Source: Ancylonema sp. (Eukaryota). From it: a DNA stretch of 64,000 nt. How positions within the stretch are numbered: the stretch's first letter is position 1; every line of letters begins with the position of its first letter. The stretch is taken from assembly GCA_050230475.1 (NCBI GenBank), contig JBFLGF010000012.1, positions 1 through 64,000 on the forward strand, read 5' to 3'. A program made the translations under genes and the position numbers. Positions 43,658 to 55,591 of the stretch are shown here, one piece after another. The notes below the pieces were generated by a model that saw only the letters and a list, made by a program, of their open reading frames with translations, had not been told where the DNA came from and made no database searches.

Positions 43658-45009
43658 AAGATTCCCTCGTGCCATAGTCTGGAAGTTTGTTTAGCTTATT
43701 AGTCGTGCATCCCGTGCAGCCGGTCTCGGATATGAAGTCCAACCTGGTGATTGCATTCCGGCCTGAGCTGCTGAGCACCAATGTAGAGGCCCTCAAGCAT
43801 GTTGCTACGGCCAAAAGAGCTTTCCCGATGTTGGAGCGTTCGACGATGCGTATCTGAACGTCAATCTAAAGCCCCAAGTCCCAAACTTCGGAGTAAGTAT
43901 CAGCAAGAGCCACCATAAAGGCTGCCCCGATCAGGGAAGTCTAGCAGGCCGATGACCAGATTTGAAACAGATTAGAGATCGTATCTTGCCGAGAGGCAGA
44001 CGTCTCTTTGGTCGACACAATGTTAGACTGTACCTTTCTTCCCAAAACTATTCCGTACTGACCTGGCTGTCGCGGCACTTGCGACGGTGCGGCATAAGCA
44101 AGTGCGCAATGCTCTGCGAAGCTTGCTGCTTGAAAACATCCTTCCAAGCATCTTCTAACGAGGTAGATTTCCACTCCTCCCCCGCTGCATGACACAAAAT
44201 AAGATGAACATGTGCTTGGAATATTAAGGTCCGTGTTATTCTCTCTGACGTCTAAAAAACAAAGATGGGCTAAAGAGGTTCTCACAAGGAAGAGGGGGCA
44301 TTGAGGGGATGCTTTCCAGCACATGTAGCATGACTAGGCGATCCCCGCCAGTGAGAATACTGGAGAATGCATAGTCGACAATGGACTGCCCACGGACACT
44401 CGGACGAACAGCAACCACGACACAGGAATCAGCATTCGAACGAGAAAAAATTGCAGGGGACACAGTCGGATATCCACGGGACGGCATGGTGGTGCTTTGT
44501 GGAGTGCGGTGAACAGTCATTCAACCAATCTAGGATTTGCAAAGCGAGAGGAATCAAGGCAGCAGGTTGTGCTTGATGAATGCACTAAAGTCACAGCTTT
44601 TTCTGCTCGGTGGTGGAACAATCTCATGGTCACAGACAACCAGGAGGACACGGGCCACTTTCGTCTGGTAACTGCACAAAAATTGTTTCACTAAGGAGGT
44701 TACGAAGTGCTAGGTCGGTATCATGCAAGATGCACGATGCAACCGTCTTGCGGCACAATCGCGCTAAGATTTGAAGCATCGACGCCACGGGACCCACTGC
44801 AGAACGTGGAAGGTCCCCCCTGCATAGCAGGAGGTGGCCAGGCGAACGACCTGTGTTTGTCGGCGATCATCCAAGGAATCAGATTTGGTCGGTTGCAAAC
44901 ATATCCGTGTGTACGGAAACATCACCGGAACATGACACACAGCCAACCAATAATATCACTAACAAAATACTTAAATACGTGGTTTGGACCAGCTCCAGCA
45001 CCACGGAGA
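43658..45009. repeat. Apparently identical 1352-bp copy of 41901-43252 (first three USP exons and upstream DNA)
   Basis: Identical ORFs at offset 1757; begins immediately after the N at 43657. Confidence 0.97.
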
Positions 45010-45298
45010 TTCCCTGAAAAAGTGGGACCCACCACTTTTTCTCTCCACTTCGGCTCCAAACCCGCGGTTATCGCAGGTAATAGAACCGATGTGGAGCGGC
45101 AACCACAACGAGACCCCGCGTATTTCGGACCTTCGTCGGACCCATGCATAGCAGGAGGTGGCCAGGCGAAAGATGTGTTCTTGTCGGTGATCATCCAAGG
45201 GCTCAGATAGGGCAAACATATCCGTGTGTACGGAAAAGTCACCGGAATATGACACACAGCCAACCAATAATATCAACCACAAAATACTTAAATACGTG
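44820..45298. repeat. Diverged ~160-bp direct repeat between the USP gene and ATG16
   Basis: TGCATAGCAGGAGGTGGCCAGGCGAA...CAAAATACTTAAATACGTG at ~44821-44981 and ~45145-45298. Confidence 0.85.
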
Positions 45299-45541
45299 AA
45301 TTGCACCAGATCCAGCTTGAAGATGCACCACTTCCATTCGGCATTCGTTCGTACCTCTAGGTTGGACACGCCCGTCCGTCCGATCGCAAGACGGGAGGGA
45401 CGGCTGTTCATTTTCAGCCTGGCGCGAAACATTCAACATTTGCGCGGACGAAAAATAATAGTTTCCCACGCGAGAAGAACGCTCCGCGAGGGTACTACGT
45501 GGGTCTCGAAGAGTAATTTTAAAGTGGTGGCTCTCCACTTC

Positions 45542-45730
45542 GAGAATTGTATATCATTGAAAAACGACGGAAACCCCATTTCATTACAAGAACGTGCCTG
45601 GAGAGAGAAAAAAACCTAAAAAACAAAAACTATGTGAGCCGATCGTACTAGCCAAAACTAGCGACAAGCGACTAAGCAACTCCGAAGAAGAAAGTGGAGC
45701 GCGCGGTGGTGGGGAGGGTAAGACCATGAA
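45542..45730 (-). mobile_element. 5'-truncated 3' end of the same CRE-like retroelement family as 11030-11607
   Basis: The reverse complement aligns with 11425-11607 (CCACTTTCTTCTTCGGA, ACGATCGGCTCACATA, GCACGTTCTTGT, ATATACAATTCTC) and both stop at the same base. Confidence 0.85.
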
Positions 45731-45880
45731 GACCACGACTACATTTGATACACATCAACACTTGATATAGTGAAATCCCCAGCCCCAATTGACACTGCCA
45801 CAAGCTGTGAATCACGATACCTGCACATTTTGTCTCGTAGGTCTTGATTTTGAAGACAAGCTGTGCCCTGTTACGCTTCG

Positions 45881-48259
45881 ATGGGTGTGGTCGCTGATGA
45901 AGGGGTGGAAAACGCAAACTCCCGCGTCCGATTAAAAGCTATAGATCGAGCTTGCGCTCTTATCAGAAATCGCAATGCCGCTCAGGTGGATGCATACCGT
46001 GAAGTCGTCGACGGTTACGCACGATACACGACCCTGGCGGCATCCCTGAAGGCAACTGTTGACAATCAAGCGCGCCAACTTTTGGCACTCAAAGACGAGA
46101 AAAACGCTCTCATCACAGAGCTGAACGAGACAAACAAAACAGCGCTTCAGGTACAGGAATCAGACATCAGGGCATCAGTAAATGGTCTATCGGCTCTATG
46201 ACCTTTTGGAGTCCCGTGGCTGTGAGGCACACAAACCGCAATGTCTGGTGAACTGACCGGGATTCCTTTTCTTGCTTCAGTGTCCGCTGTTGTGGACTTG
46301 AGCTGAAACTTGATCGCACAGCATCTTATCAATATGCAACACTGTAAGGTTTCAGCCGAGATAGTCAACTTTGTCTTTTCTTGTCATAATTACCAGGGAC
46401 CAGAGGCCGTGGCACTTCAAGAGCGCTGCGAGAGGCTTCAAGTAGAAGTTGGTGATGCCTATCGCAGCAGTGCCCAGGCTTCGCAGCAGCTGGTGCAGAA
46501 AACAAACTCTTTGCAGAGTCTGAAGGAGGAGTATGAAGATCGTGGGAAGCGCATTGAAACCCTAGAGGACCAACTGGATGCTGCCAGGTGCTTCTCTCTC
46601 TAGTACCGATACACCGCGTCCCGTTGTGCGGTCGCATGGATAGACATGTGCAGACGTGCGTGTCTTGCAGCAGCATGTGATGTGTTCTTGAGCCAAAGTC
46701 TCATTGGGTACCATAGAACACCACGGGTTGAGCAAGTTAGCCAGGAGGATCAAGTGATTGGGCAGGCAGTGGGGGGCAACGAAATTGTACGGCGGCCCCT
46801 AGCAGCTCCGGTTTGGTTCAACTTGCAGGAGACTGGTGATGAGGAGGAGATCTGACATCCATTCTGAACCTTTGGCAGGCAGGAAGCGGCCCATTTGCGC
46901 AGTTTGGAGCAGCAGAAGGAAGCCGCCGTAGAGTTTGCTGCTGAAGAGGCTGCCAGGTGTCGCGCTGAGGTGGTGACCACACAAGAGAAGATGAGGGAAC
47001 TTGATGGTGAGAACAAGATGCTCATCGAACGCTGGCTGGAGCTCAAAATGCACGAGGTGGAACGGATAAACGAGGCAAGTTTCGTGGCTCACAGAACCCG
47101 CGCTTACCAACTCAAGCACATCATGTATCAGACTGCACACGGATGCCACCTGGTACTCAGGACAGGCGACGGGCTGACCCATACTACTGTGATGTCTTAT
47201 CTTCAGGCGAATTCCATCTATGAAGACCTGATGCGCCACTCCAAGGCAGGCCACCTGGAGGCCCTATCACGGAGTCAGGTGGACGGCATCGTGCGGCACG
47301 TTGAAGCAGGGGCTGAGAACTACGTGGCAGTGGGGACACCCTCCAAGCCACGGCTGACATTGAGGGCGCACGAGGGGGGTTGTTCCGCCATGTGTTTCGA
47401 CAAAGGTGGTGGGAGGCTCCTTACAGGGGGGCAAGACCGGATGGTGAAGGTCTGGGATGCTCTGGGGCCTGTAGAGAGATCTGGGGGTGGGGCAGGCACG
47501 CCAGCCACAGAGACTTTGAGGGGCAGTCTGGGGGCAGTGCTCGACTTGGCGGTGGCAGCGGAGGGGAAGATGGTCCTGGGAGGTAGCAGTGACCACAAGC
47601 TGTACCTGTGGGACATGGGGACAGCGAGGATCAGGCACACGTTGACGGGACACACAGACAAAGTGGTGGCCACAGATGTGTGCAGGACGTCCGCGAACCG
47701 AGCAGTGAGCGCAGCGCACGACCGCACGATCAAAGTGTGGGATCTGGAACGCGGGTATGGCATCAGTACGCTGGTTTGTCATAGCAACTCAAACGATGTC
47801 TGCTGGGACCCGGAATCAGTCGCCATCTGCTCTGCACACGTGGATGGCAACATCAGAGTGTGGGACGCTCGGACCGGGCGGCTGGCGAATGAGGTCGCAG
47901 CACATTCCCAAGGGATCACGTCGTTGGTCCTCTCCCGCTCGGGCCACACGATGCTGACATGTGGCAGAGACAATGTGGTGCACCTCTTCGACTTCCGGAC
48001 TATGGAGAGGAGGACCTCGCTGCGGGCGAGGGAGCTGAAGGTGGCCACGAATTGGAGTCGCGTGTGCATGAGTCCCGATGAGAAGTATATCGCAGCCGGG
48101 TCAGCAGATGGGTCGGTGGTGGTTTGGGATCAGGCAACACCCGGGTCGGAAAAAGTGTTGAGGGGTCACAACCACCCTGTGCTGACTTGCTGCTGGAGTG
48201 TCATTGGGCACCCGCTAGCAACCGCAGACAAGGCGGGGAACGTGATCCTGTGGGGGTAG
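45881..48259 (+). CDS. ATG16: Autophagy-related protein 16 (N-terminal helix, coiled coil, WD40 propeller); full-length copy, 4 exons
   Basis: Exons ~45881-46150, ~46397-46587, ~46880-47074, 47207-48259; the ATG16 motif ENKMLIERWLELKMHEVERINE|ANSIYE is followed by WD40 repeats and NWSRVCMSPDEKYIAAGSADGSV. Confidence 0.92.
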
Positions 48260-49480
48260 AACGCCGGCCTGGGATGGTGGTGGGGCGGGGGTGGGGGGGT
48301 TCTCTGCCCCTTGTGGGAGACCAGCAATCTTATGGCGTTCAGACACTTTGAAGCATCACCTTTTTGTACAGAGCACGCAGGTGTCGTTGAATGTTATAGA
48401 GTATATGTATCGAGACAAAAGAACGAGCAACCCAGGGTGGATAGAGCTACGCAGCTTGTCAAGCGAATGAGATACTATGTGTGACATTACTGTATATATG
48501 AGAATTTTGCTGCTGGGCGAGGCAGAGGGTGGTAGAGTTACGAATCTACACTTGTACAAATTGAGGAGGCAACATGAATGAATGTGGTATTAGTAAGAAG
48601 GAAAGTATGTAAATACAGAGTAAATACAGCTGAGAGATGCACGCCCCGCCAGCCACTAACAGGTATGAGGCCAAATGTAGGGAGTGAATCATTGGTATTG
48701 GTAGCATTATCATTCGCTGCACAATACGAACACACAATCGATACTCTAATGTCGAGCCATGCCTCGAGGTTGTACCAGATCGGGCGGAATATCCAATTGA
48801 ATGTGTGATGCAATCTTTTTGCAGTACATAGGCATTTGATAGGTATACATCCTACGTAGGTAGAAGGGCTGACTATCATTCGTGGATACGGTCACAATTC
48901 ATATGAGATCGATACAAATATGGCGAACGGGCTCTACTCATATGCTCCATTCCTAAAACCAATCTGCAGAACTCCGTGAGTACTCTTACACTTGCAAACA
49001 TATTTTGCCACTACCATGTTATGTGAATGCTCCTTTGCATGCCAAGTGGTAGTTGATATTATTGTATACAAATGGACACCCAGTGAGGGTTCATTAATGC
49101 TACGGTGGCCAAGCCAGTGGCTGTGCCCGGGCACCATTTATCCAATGATAATAGTAACAGTAATAGTGACACATTTTCATTCGTGAAGAGTATGCTGCAT
49201 GATAATAGCTGTGTCCATCCAGGCATGCATGATACAATGCACATGACATATGACATCACATCGGGGATCATGGATATTTACTAGCATTATCTAGAAGAGG
49301 CACATGCAAGGTTGTTTGGTTGCAACCACTACCACTACCACTGTTGGCACACTACACTGTTGATCGGGTAGAGACGGCACATTGACCTCATTTATGTGGA
49401 GTATCTCCTACCTTCGAACGTCTCTGTATTCAGAGTGACATGTCATTTAAAACCCTTACGTATCCATCCGTAGCTAAGAC

Positions 49481-49528
49481 AAAGCTACCAAAGCTACCAA
49501 AGCTGCCAAAGCTACCAAAGCTACCAAA
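49481..49528. repeat. (AAAGCTACC)n 9-bp tandem repeat; also at ~56813-56860 (5 units) and ~63812-63868 (6 units)
   Basis: Direct reading; copy number differs in the third, diverged block. Confidence 0.9.
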
Positions 49529-49732
49529 CCACTTGTTCACCCATTGGCGATTTGACACAGCTCTTGGCGCAGACATTTGGTGCAAGATGAAAAAATACAC
49601 ATAAAACACCACCTACTTAAAATGAACCGTATGTCTTCTCAAGAGAGAGAGAGACCATTATTGAGCAGATCGTCCCAGACGTCAAGAGTCCTATTGGTAG
49701 CTATTGGTGGGTAGAACTGGTTGTGAGTGGCG

Positions 49733-50997
49733 CTAGAAGAGGGCAGCTGCCATCCTGAGAAGTTTACCTCCTTCCACTGAAGCTATTTTGGGCATGTAAT
49801 CAACCTCAAACTCGACTATGCTTTCTAAATCCGGTTGCCACTTAAAATCAGAGGAATGGTCCAGTCCTGCAGGCTGATTGATTCGATAAAGTTGTAGTTG
49901 ACGATGATAGAAATCCATTTGTTTTTCTTCTTCCTCGGTCTCTTCCTCGAAAGTGCGTGTATTGGAAAGCAGCCTCCACCGCTCCGAAGTCTTTAATTCC
50001 GATTCCGCCAACTCCTCTTCTTCCAGACCCTCTCCCCCCATGCATTCCTCTCTGAGAGTATAGAAAGGCTGACGGTAGATGGGGGATTTGGGAATGGAGG
50101 TGAAGGTGTTGCATCGGGCGCTCGACTGTCGGTCAATAGGGGGCGGAGGTATGGGAGGGGTCCTTTCAGCTACGATCAAACGGGCTGGGGCACTCACCAG
50201 GCGGAGAAGCGAGGGAGGGACATTAGGACTGTGGTCCTGGGGGGGTGAAGCAGCAGGAGTTGTGTCGCTTTTGAAACAGTCGTCACCATAAGGTGCTGAA
50301 ATGGGCCACAAGGAGTGGGTGGTATCCGCGTCAAAGCTAGGAGATCCGCAGATGGAGGACTGGTGGCTGCTGGTGGGAGAGCTTTCAGTGGAGGAGTGGC
50401 CTCGGGCGACAAAGGAGGGCACAAGGGCGCCTGACCACTTCTGGAAAGGGAGGATATACTCCACCTTACTTTTCTTCTCTACTGAATGCGGGGAGTCTTG
50501 TATAGACTGCTTCGGGGATTTCTGCAAAATGAATGTGCAGGCCACAAAAGTCACTGAGACTAACCAACTAGTCAGTCGCCCGAGAGAAAGGGCCACAACA
50601 CAGGCAGTGCAAAACAATTGCGACACAGGTGAAATCCACTCGCGAAACCACCATGCAGCCACCAGAAAACATTTGGTCCGCTTTCAAAGCGGCGGCAGTT
50701 ACGTGTACATACCGGCTCCTAGAATCCAGGTTCACTGATAAAAAAGTATGGACAATGGTCTGGGTCAACATAGGAGCAGATGCAGGAACTTGTGATCATC
50801 AGAGCCCTTACACAGCCATTGTGAGAAAGCCAGAACTCGGCGTTGCCCTCATTCAAAAATAGGCGACGTTGAAATTTGGATGGCCCCATCTAGCCATAGT
50901 TGAGTGCTGTGAGTGCTTGACCATAACGTTCATGAGAAGATACAGGATAGAAAAATACCTTTCCTCTGAACAGGAATTTCCGCGGAAGCACTGCCAT
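49733..50997 (-). CDS. Hypothetical Ser/Pro-rich protein, possibly PADRE/DUF4228-like
   Basis: 309-codon open frame ending in WQPDLESIVE...; upstream spliceable pieces MAVLPRKFLFRGK, LFLNEGNAEFWLSHNGC, LKADQMFSGG and YILP. Exon structure and start are uncertain. Confidence 0.55.
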
Positions 50998-51649
50998 TTA
51001 CGTCGCTGATTAAGGTAGCCCTATTCACTGACTGCTGGCTGATCGTGCGAATTCACTTCCAAATCAATCCCTCCCCACGAGTTGTGACTACCGCTTCACG
51101 AGATCACGGTCCGCTCCAACCTCCCGCACGACTCCTACATTCAATGTCGACATCTTTGTGAATAGTACGAACCTTGGGCGTAGAAACTGCCGTCAATGCT
51201 GTAATGAAGTCGCAGCTGATTGAGATCTAAGTGGTATCAGTGCAGTCATTTTCAGCTCGTTCCAGACAGAATGATCCCTCAGTCGACCACCACTTTCTTC
51301 CAACCATTCTTAGTAAGTCGCCAAGAAGATGCATTACGACATCGGGACCGCAAGGATGAGGCTGAGTCAGAAGGGTGCGTGTGATTGCTTGCGCCGTGAC
51401 CGTGATGTCATGCCCTAAGTTTCCTTGTGTACTGAGCACGACACTGAACGCGCTGCTGCTCATTGACTAAAAGCGAGTGGTGGTGGCGAGTGGCGTGCCG
51501 TCAGCTGGCACCTGTTTTGTTCTGCACGTTTCTGGACTGTCTGCCCGCCATACGCGTTAACTGCGGATCTCGTTTGCCACGGAGCGACAATCTCGTACGT
51601 GCGGCCAGCAAAGTCTAAATTGTTTTATAACAGAGAGGGAATTGTGTAC

Positions 51650-54439
51650 AGAAAATACTCGTTTTTAGCACACCTTTGAAACACGGGAAACGTGTGCCTA
51701 TAACATGGCTATGTCTGTAACGTGTACTTGCGTTATAGGTGCGTTTGCAAAGGGCCTAAAGTCAGATGGGCCCGTAACGAGGGAAATCCAAAATTTTGCT
51801 CCCAGATCACGGGAACGTCATCCGTCATGTCGGTGTACTTTTGTTGTCATGCAATTTTGACTTATCGGTCGATTGGCGCGTGAGAGCATAGTTTACGACC
51901 ACTGTGTTTGGCTACTCACTCACTTTTAAAATATTTATTTTTTCGCGAAAATAGTGATTTTGTCGTGGTTCTTGACCACTCTCTTCTCCATTCATGACGA
52001 AAACTTGAGTAAAACGATTGACCCACTTCAAAGTAAGTGCCACTCTTTTTGAAAGTGAGTGCTCGAGACATACGTGGTACCCTCGTGGTGAGTTGCTCTT
52101 GCGTGGGAAATTATTACATTTCGCCGGCGCAATCGCAAAATATTTCGGGTCAGACCAATAACAATCATTGGTATGCGTCTCTAGGTAGCCTACGTCTCCA
52201 GCTAATGCCGCTACTACTACACGGTGTCCTAGCGACAAGGTACGATCCAACCATCTGCGCACCGCAATTAAATGGGGGAGCGACACATATGTCGGACAAT
52301 AATCACACGGGTGCTTATACGGTGATGTTTTGTGCTTAAACAAGTAAATATGTGTTGGACAATAATCACACGGGTGCTTATACGGTGATGTATTGTGCCT
52401 GAACAGGTAAATACGCCTTAATCAAGTTTATGTGATTTGTCATCCTGGAAACGATCGCGCGCCTATATTCTGATTATAGCGTGTAAACTATCGAGTGTGC
52501 TTAAACGGCAAGGTGCCTATAGCAAAGAAATCACACAATTATAACGAAGGAATCGGTAATAAGCAATTACACGGAACACTTTTACAATGAGACGCGAATG
52601 TACTTCTTTTATTTGGCACATGCCGGCATTTACAATCGTACGTAAAGTTTCGATGGTCTAACTAAGGGTTAGTTAGACATCACACGATTAATATGTTCCG
52701 CATTTGGCGGCGCCTAGTGCTACTCTCGCAAAAGACATGTTAGGCGGCACGTTACTGATCAGTGAGTGACGCACTCTGGGAGCTGACCAGTGAGAAAGAG
52801 AACCAATCTTCGCGATCTTTGCGTCTAGATTACGTTACTACAGTAGCGACAACTTGTATATACACTGGCCTTTTGACGTATTAGCCGCAAGCTCTAGCGG
52901 CTGCCAGCAATGCTATGTAGCAGATCAGATCAGTCTCGTGATAGTCATGCATCATACCTAGTTGCAATGATGTCTAAGTGGTAGACATTGTAATACTTGG
53001 CTAGGAATGCATGAGCTAAAATGTCGGTGTAGCCTCAAATCGGCGCCGGAGTAGATGCTGATCCTGTAGCAGCAGAGCAGAGTTGTGAGCTATATAGTCA
53101 GAACATATTGTACTCAACAGGTCTTAGTATGCCTCGGGAACTGAAGAAATCTTGACTCAAACCATTGTGTATCGAGTATTTTGAAGTGTTTCGGCTGACC
53201 TTGATTAATCATTATTACATCTGCATTGAGTGTGAATTACTTCCATACTTATCACAACGCTTCGAACACGTTACGTTCAGTCCAACGGCATAGTCTTGCC
53301 ATAGGCTAGCAAAATTTGCCATGTTGTATACGCATGTTGCTCAAATGATGTATGTTATCTCGCACGTGTGTTTGGCGGACCGCGGTTAGGTCATGACGCT
53401 ATGTGTTACATCCATGATGACGGATTCACTTTAATTCGCACGTGTGAATGCATAGAACGACAAAGCTCGTTATAAATCATTTATCGCACGTGTGGACATT
53501 ACACGATGGAATAACATACACAGATTGAATCGGTTGAAATGAGTGTATGATGATTTGTGCTTATACATGAAAATGCGCCTATAAAACGAATAGATGCCTG
53601 AATGGTATAAAACGACCTAGTCAACCGGCCTCCCTGTGGTACGTTAATGGGCGGAGAGAGGAACACCGCCATATCACAGGAATTGCATTGTGTACAATGC
53701 CCATATCAGAAGTTTAGGTGTGTAGAATTATACGTTACGATAGATACGATACAAAGTAAAGATCGGTCCTTCATGTATTTTATGCATCTTAGGCGATCAG
53801 AGGCGGAAACCCAGCAATGCGGCTATATCGTAGACGGTGCTCGGTGTCAGATATACGTTGCAAACATAGTAACATGCATGACATAACAATCTAGAATACT
53901 TGGATAGTAATACCGGGTACAATAATGTCGGTGTGGCGGCCAGCCATGGGCGGTGCCACTAGAAGATAATGGTCAGATTAGAGCCGGGTAGTATAAGACA
54001 TTGTAATATTCATACTGAGACCTGAACTGATCTCAGTATCCCTCGGGAACTTTTGCAAATACCTTTGTCTTTTGTTGTATTGTGTATGAGTTCGGTTGGG
54101 ATTCCATTTTCATTTTCACTTTTTTGAGTTTTTTTTTTCACATTTTCACTTCCAAGTTATATTTTCATCACTCATAAGCATTGTATACTTCACATACAGA
54201 CCAACGGCATCCCTTGCCTTAGGTAAGACTAGATAAATCATTTGGCCATCAAGTATACACGAGTTATACGATTACAATGGCTCATGTACATCGAATGTGC
54301 AGGCGTATCCAACCATATCTTGGTCATGCTTCCATCCACGTTGAACAAGATACGGCAATTGTTGAGTGTAATAATGACAACATGTGCTCGATACTGAACA
54401 TCCGGTTCAATTCCCGGTCAACTCAAGTTTAGTTCACAC
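51650..54439. mobile_element. Non-coding repeat element related to the long-arm family, with a 63-bp tandem repeat (52294-52413) and a diverged ~0.9-kb-period internal duplication
   Basis: Motif chain TACTTGG.TAG / AATGTCGGTGT / CCTCGGGAAC / CCAACGGCAT..CTTGCC.TAGG occurs at ~52995-53305 and again at ~53897-54225; most of it is also in the reverse complement of 5420-5750. Left boundary uncertain. Confidence 0.6.
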
Positions 54440-54454
54440 CAACTCAAGCACATC

Positions 54455-55591
54455 ATGTATCAGACTGCACACGGATGCCACCTGGTACTCAGGACAGGCG
54501 ACGGGCTGACCCATACTACTGTGATGTCTTATCTTCAGGCGAATTCCATCTATGAAGACCTGATGCGCCACTCCAAGGCAGGCCACCTGGAGGCCCTATC
54601 ACGGAGTCAGGTGGACGGCATCGTGCGGCACGTTGAAGCAGGGGCTGAGAACTACGTGGCAGTGGGGACACCCTCCAAGCCACGGCTGACATTGAGGGCG
54701 CACGAGGGGGGTTGTTCCGCCATGTGTTTCGACAAAGGTGGTGGGAGGCTCCTTACAGGGGGGCAAGACCGGATGGTGAAGGTCTGGGATGCTCTGGGGC
54801 CTGTAGAGAGATCTGGGGGTGGGGCAGGCACGCCAGCCACAGAGACTTTGAGGGGCAGTCTGGGGGCAGTGCTCGACTTGGCGGTGGCAGCGGAGGGGAA
54901 GATGGTCCTGGGAGGTAGCAGTGACCACAAGCTGTACCTGTGGGACATGGGGACAGCGAGGATCAGGCACACGTTGACGGGACACACAGACAAAGTGGTG
55001 GCCACAGATGTGTGCAGGACGTCCGCGAACCGAGCAGTGAGCGCAGCGCACGACCGCACGATCAAAGTGTGGGATCTGGAACGCGGGTATGGCATCAGTA
55101 CGCTGGTTTGTCATAGCAACTCAAACGATGTCTGCTGGGACCCGGAATCAGTCGCCATCTGCTCTGCACACGTGGATGGCAACATCAGAGTGTGGGACGC
55201 TCGGACCGGGCGGCTGGCGAATGAGGTCGCAGCACATTCCCAAGGGATCACGTCGTTGGTCCTCTCCCGCTCGGGCCACACGATGCTGACATGTGGCAGA
55301 GACAATGTGGTGCACCTCTTCGACTTCCGGACTATGGAGAGGAGGACCTCGCTGCGGGCGAGGGAGCTGAAGGTGGCCACGAATTGGAGTCGCGTGTGCA
55401 TGAGTCCCGATGAGAAGTATATCGCAGCCGGGTCAGCAGATGGGTCGGTGGTGGTTTGGGATCAGGCAACACCCGGGTCGGAAAAAGTGTTGAGGGGTCA
55501 CAACCACCCTGTGCTGACTTGCTGCTGGAGTGTCATTGGGCACCCGCTAGCAACCGCAGACAAGGCGGGGAACGTGATCCTGTGGGGGTAG
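54455..55591 (+). pseudogene. ATG16: 5'-truncated ATG16 copy 2 (last exon, WD40 only; intact frame)
   Basis: Starts inside the last intron; identical to 47123-48259; no upstream exons. Confidence 0.85.

Noticed and set aside
47267..48069. Antisense ORFs over the ATG16 WD40 exon (repeated in all copies)
   Set aside because: Expected shadows of GC-rich coding sequence; recurrence reflects the duplication only.
52294..52413. 63-bp direct repeats (and the 9-bp arrays) as a CRISPR-like array
   Set aside because: Head-to-tail tandem units without unique spacers, eukaryotic context, no cas genes.
54402..54417. GGTTCAATTCCCGG as a tRNA gene
   Set aside because: Only a T-arm/B-box-like string; I cannot fold an acceptor stem, D arm or anticodon arm.
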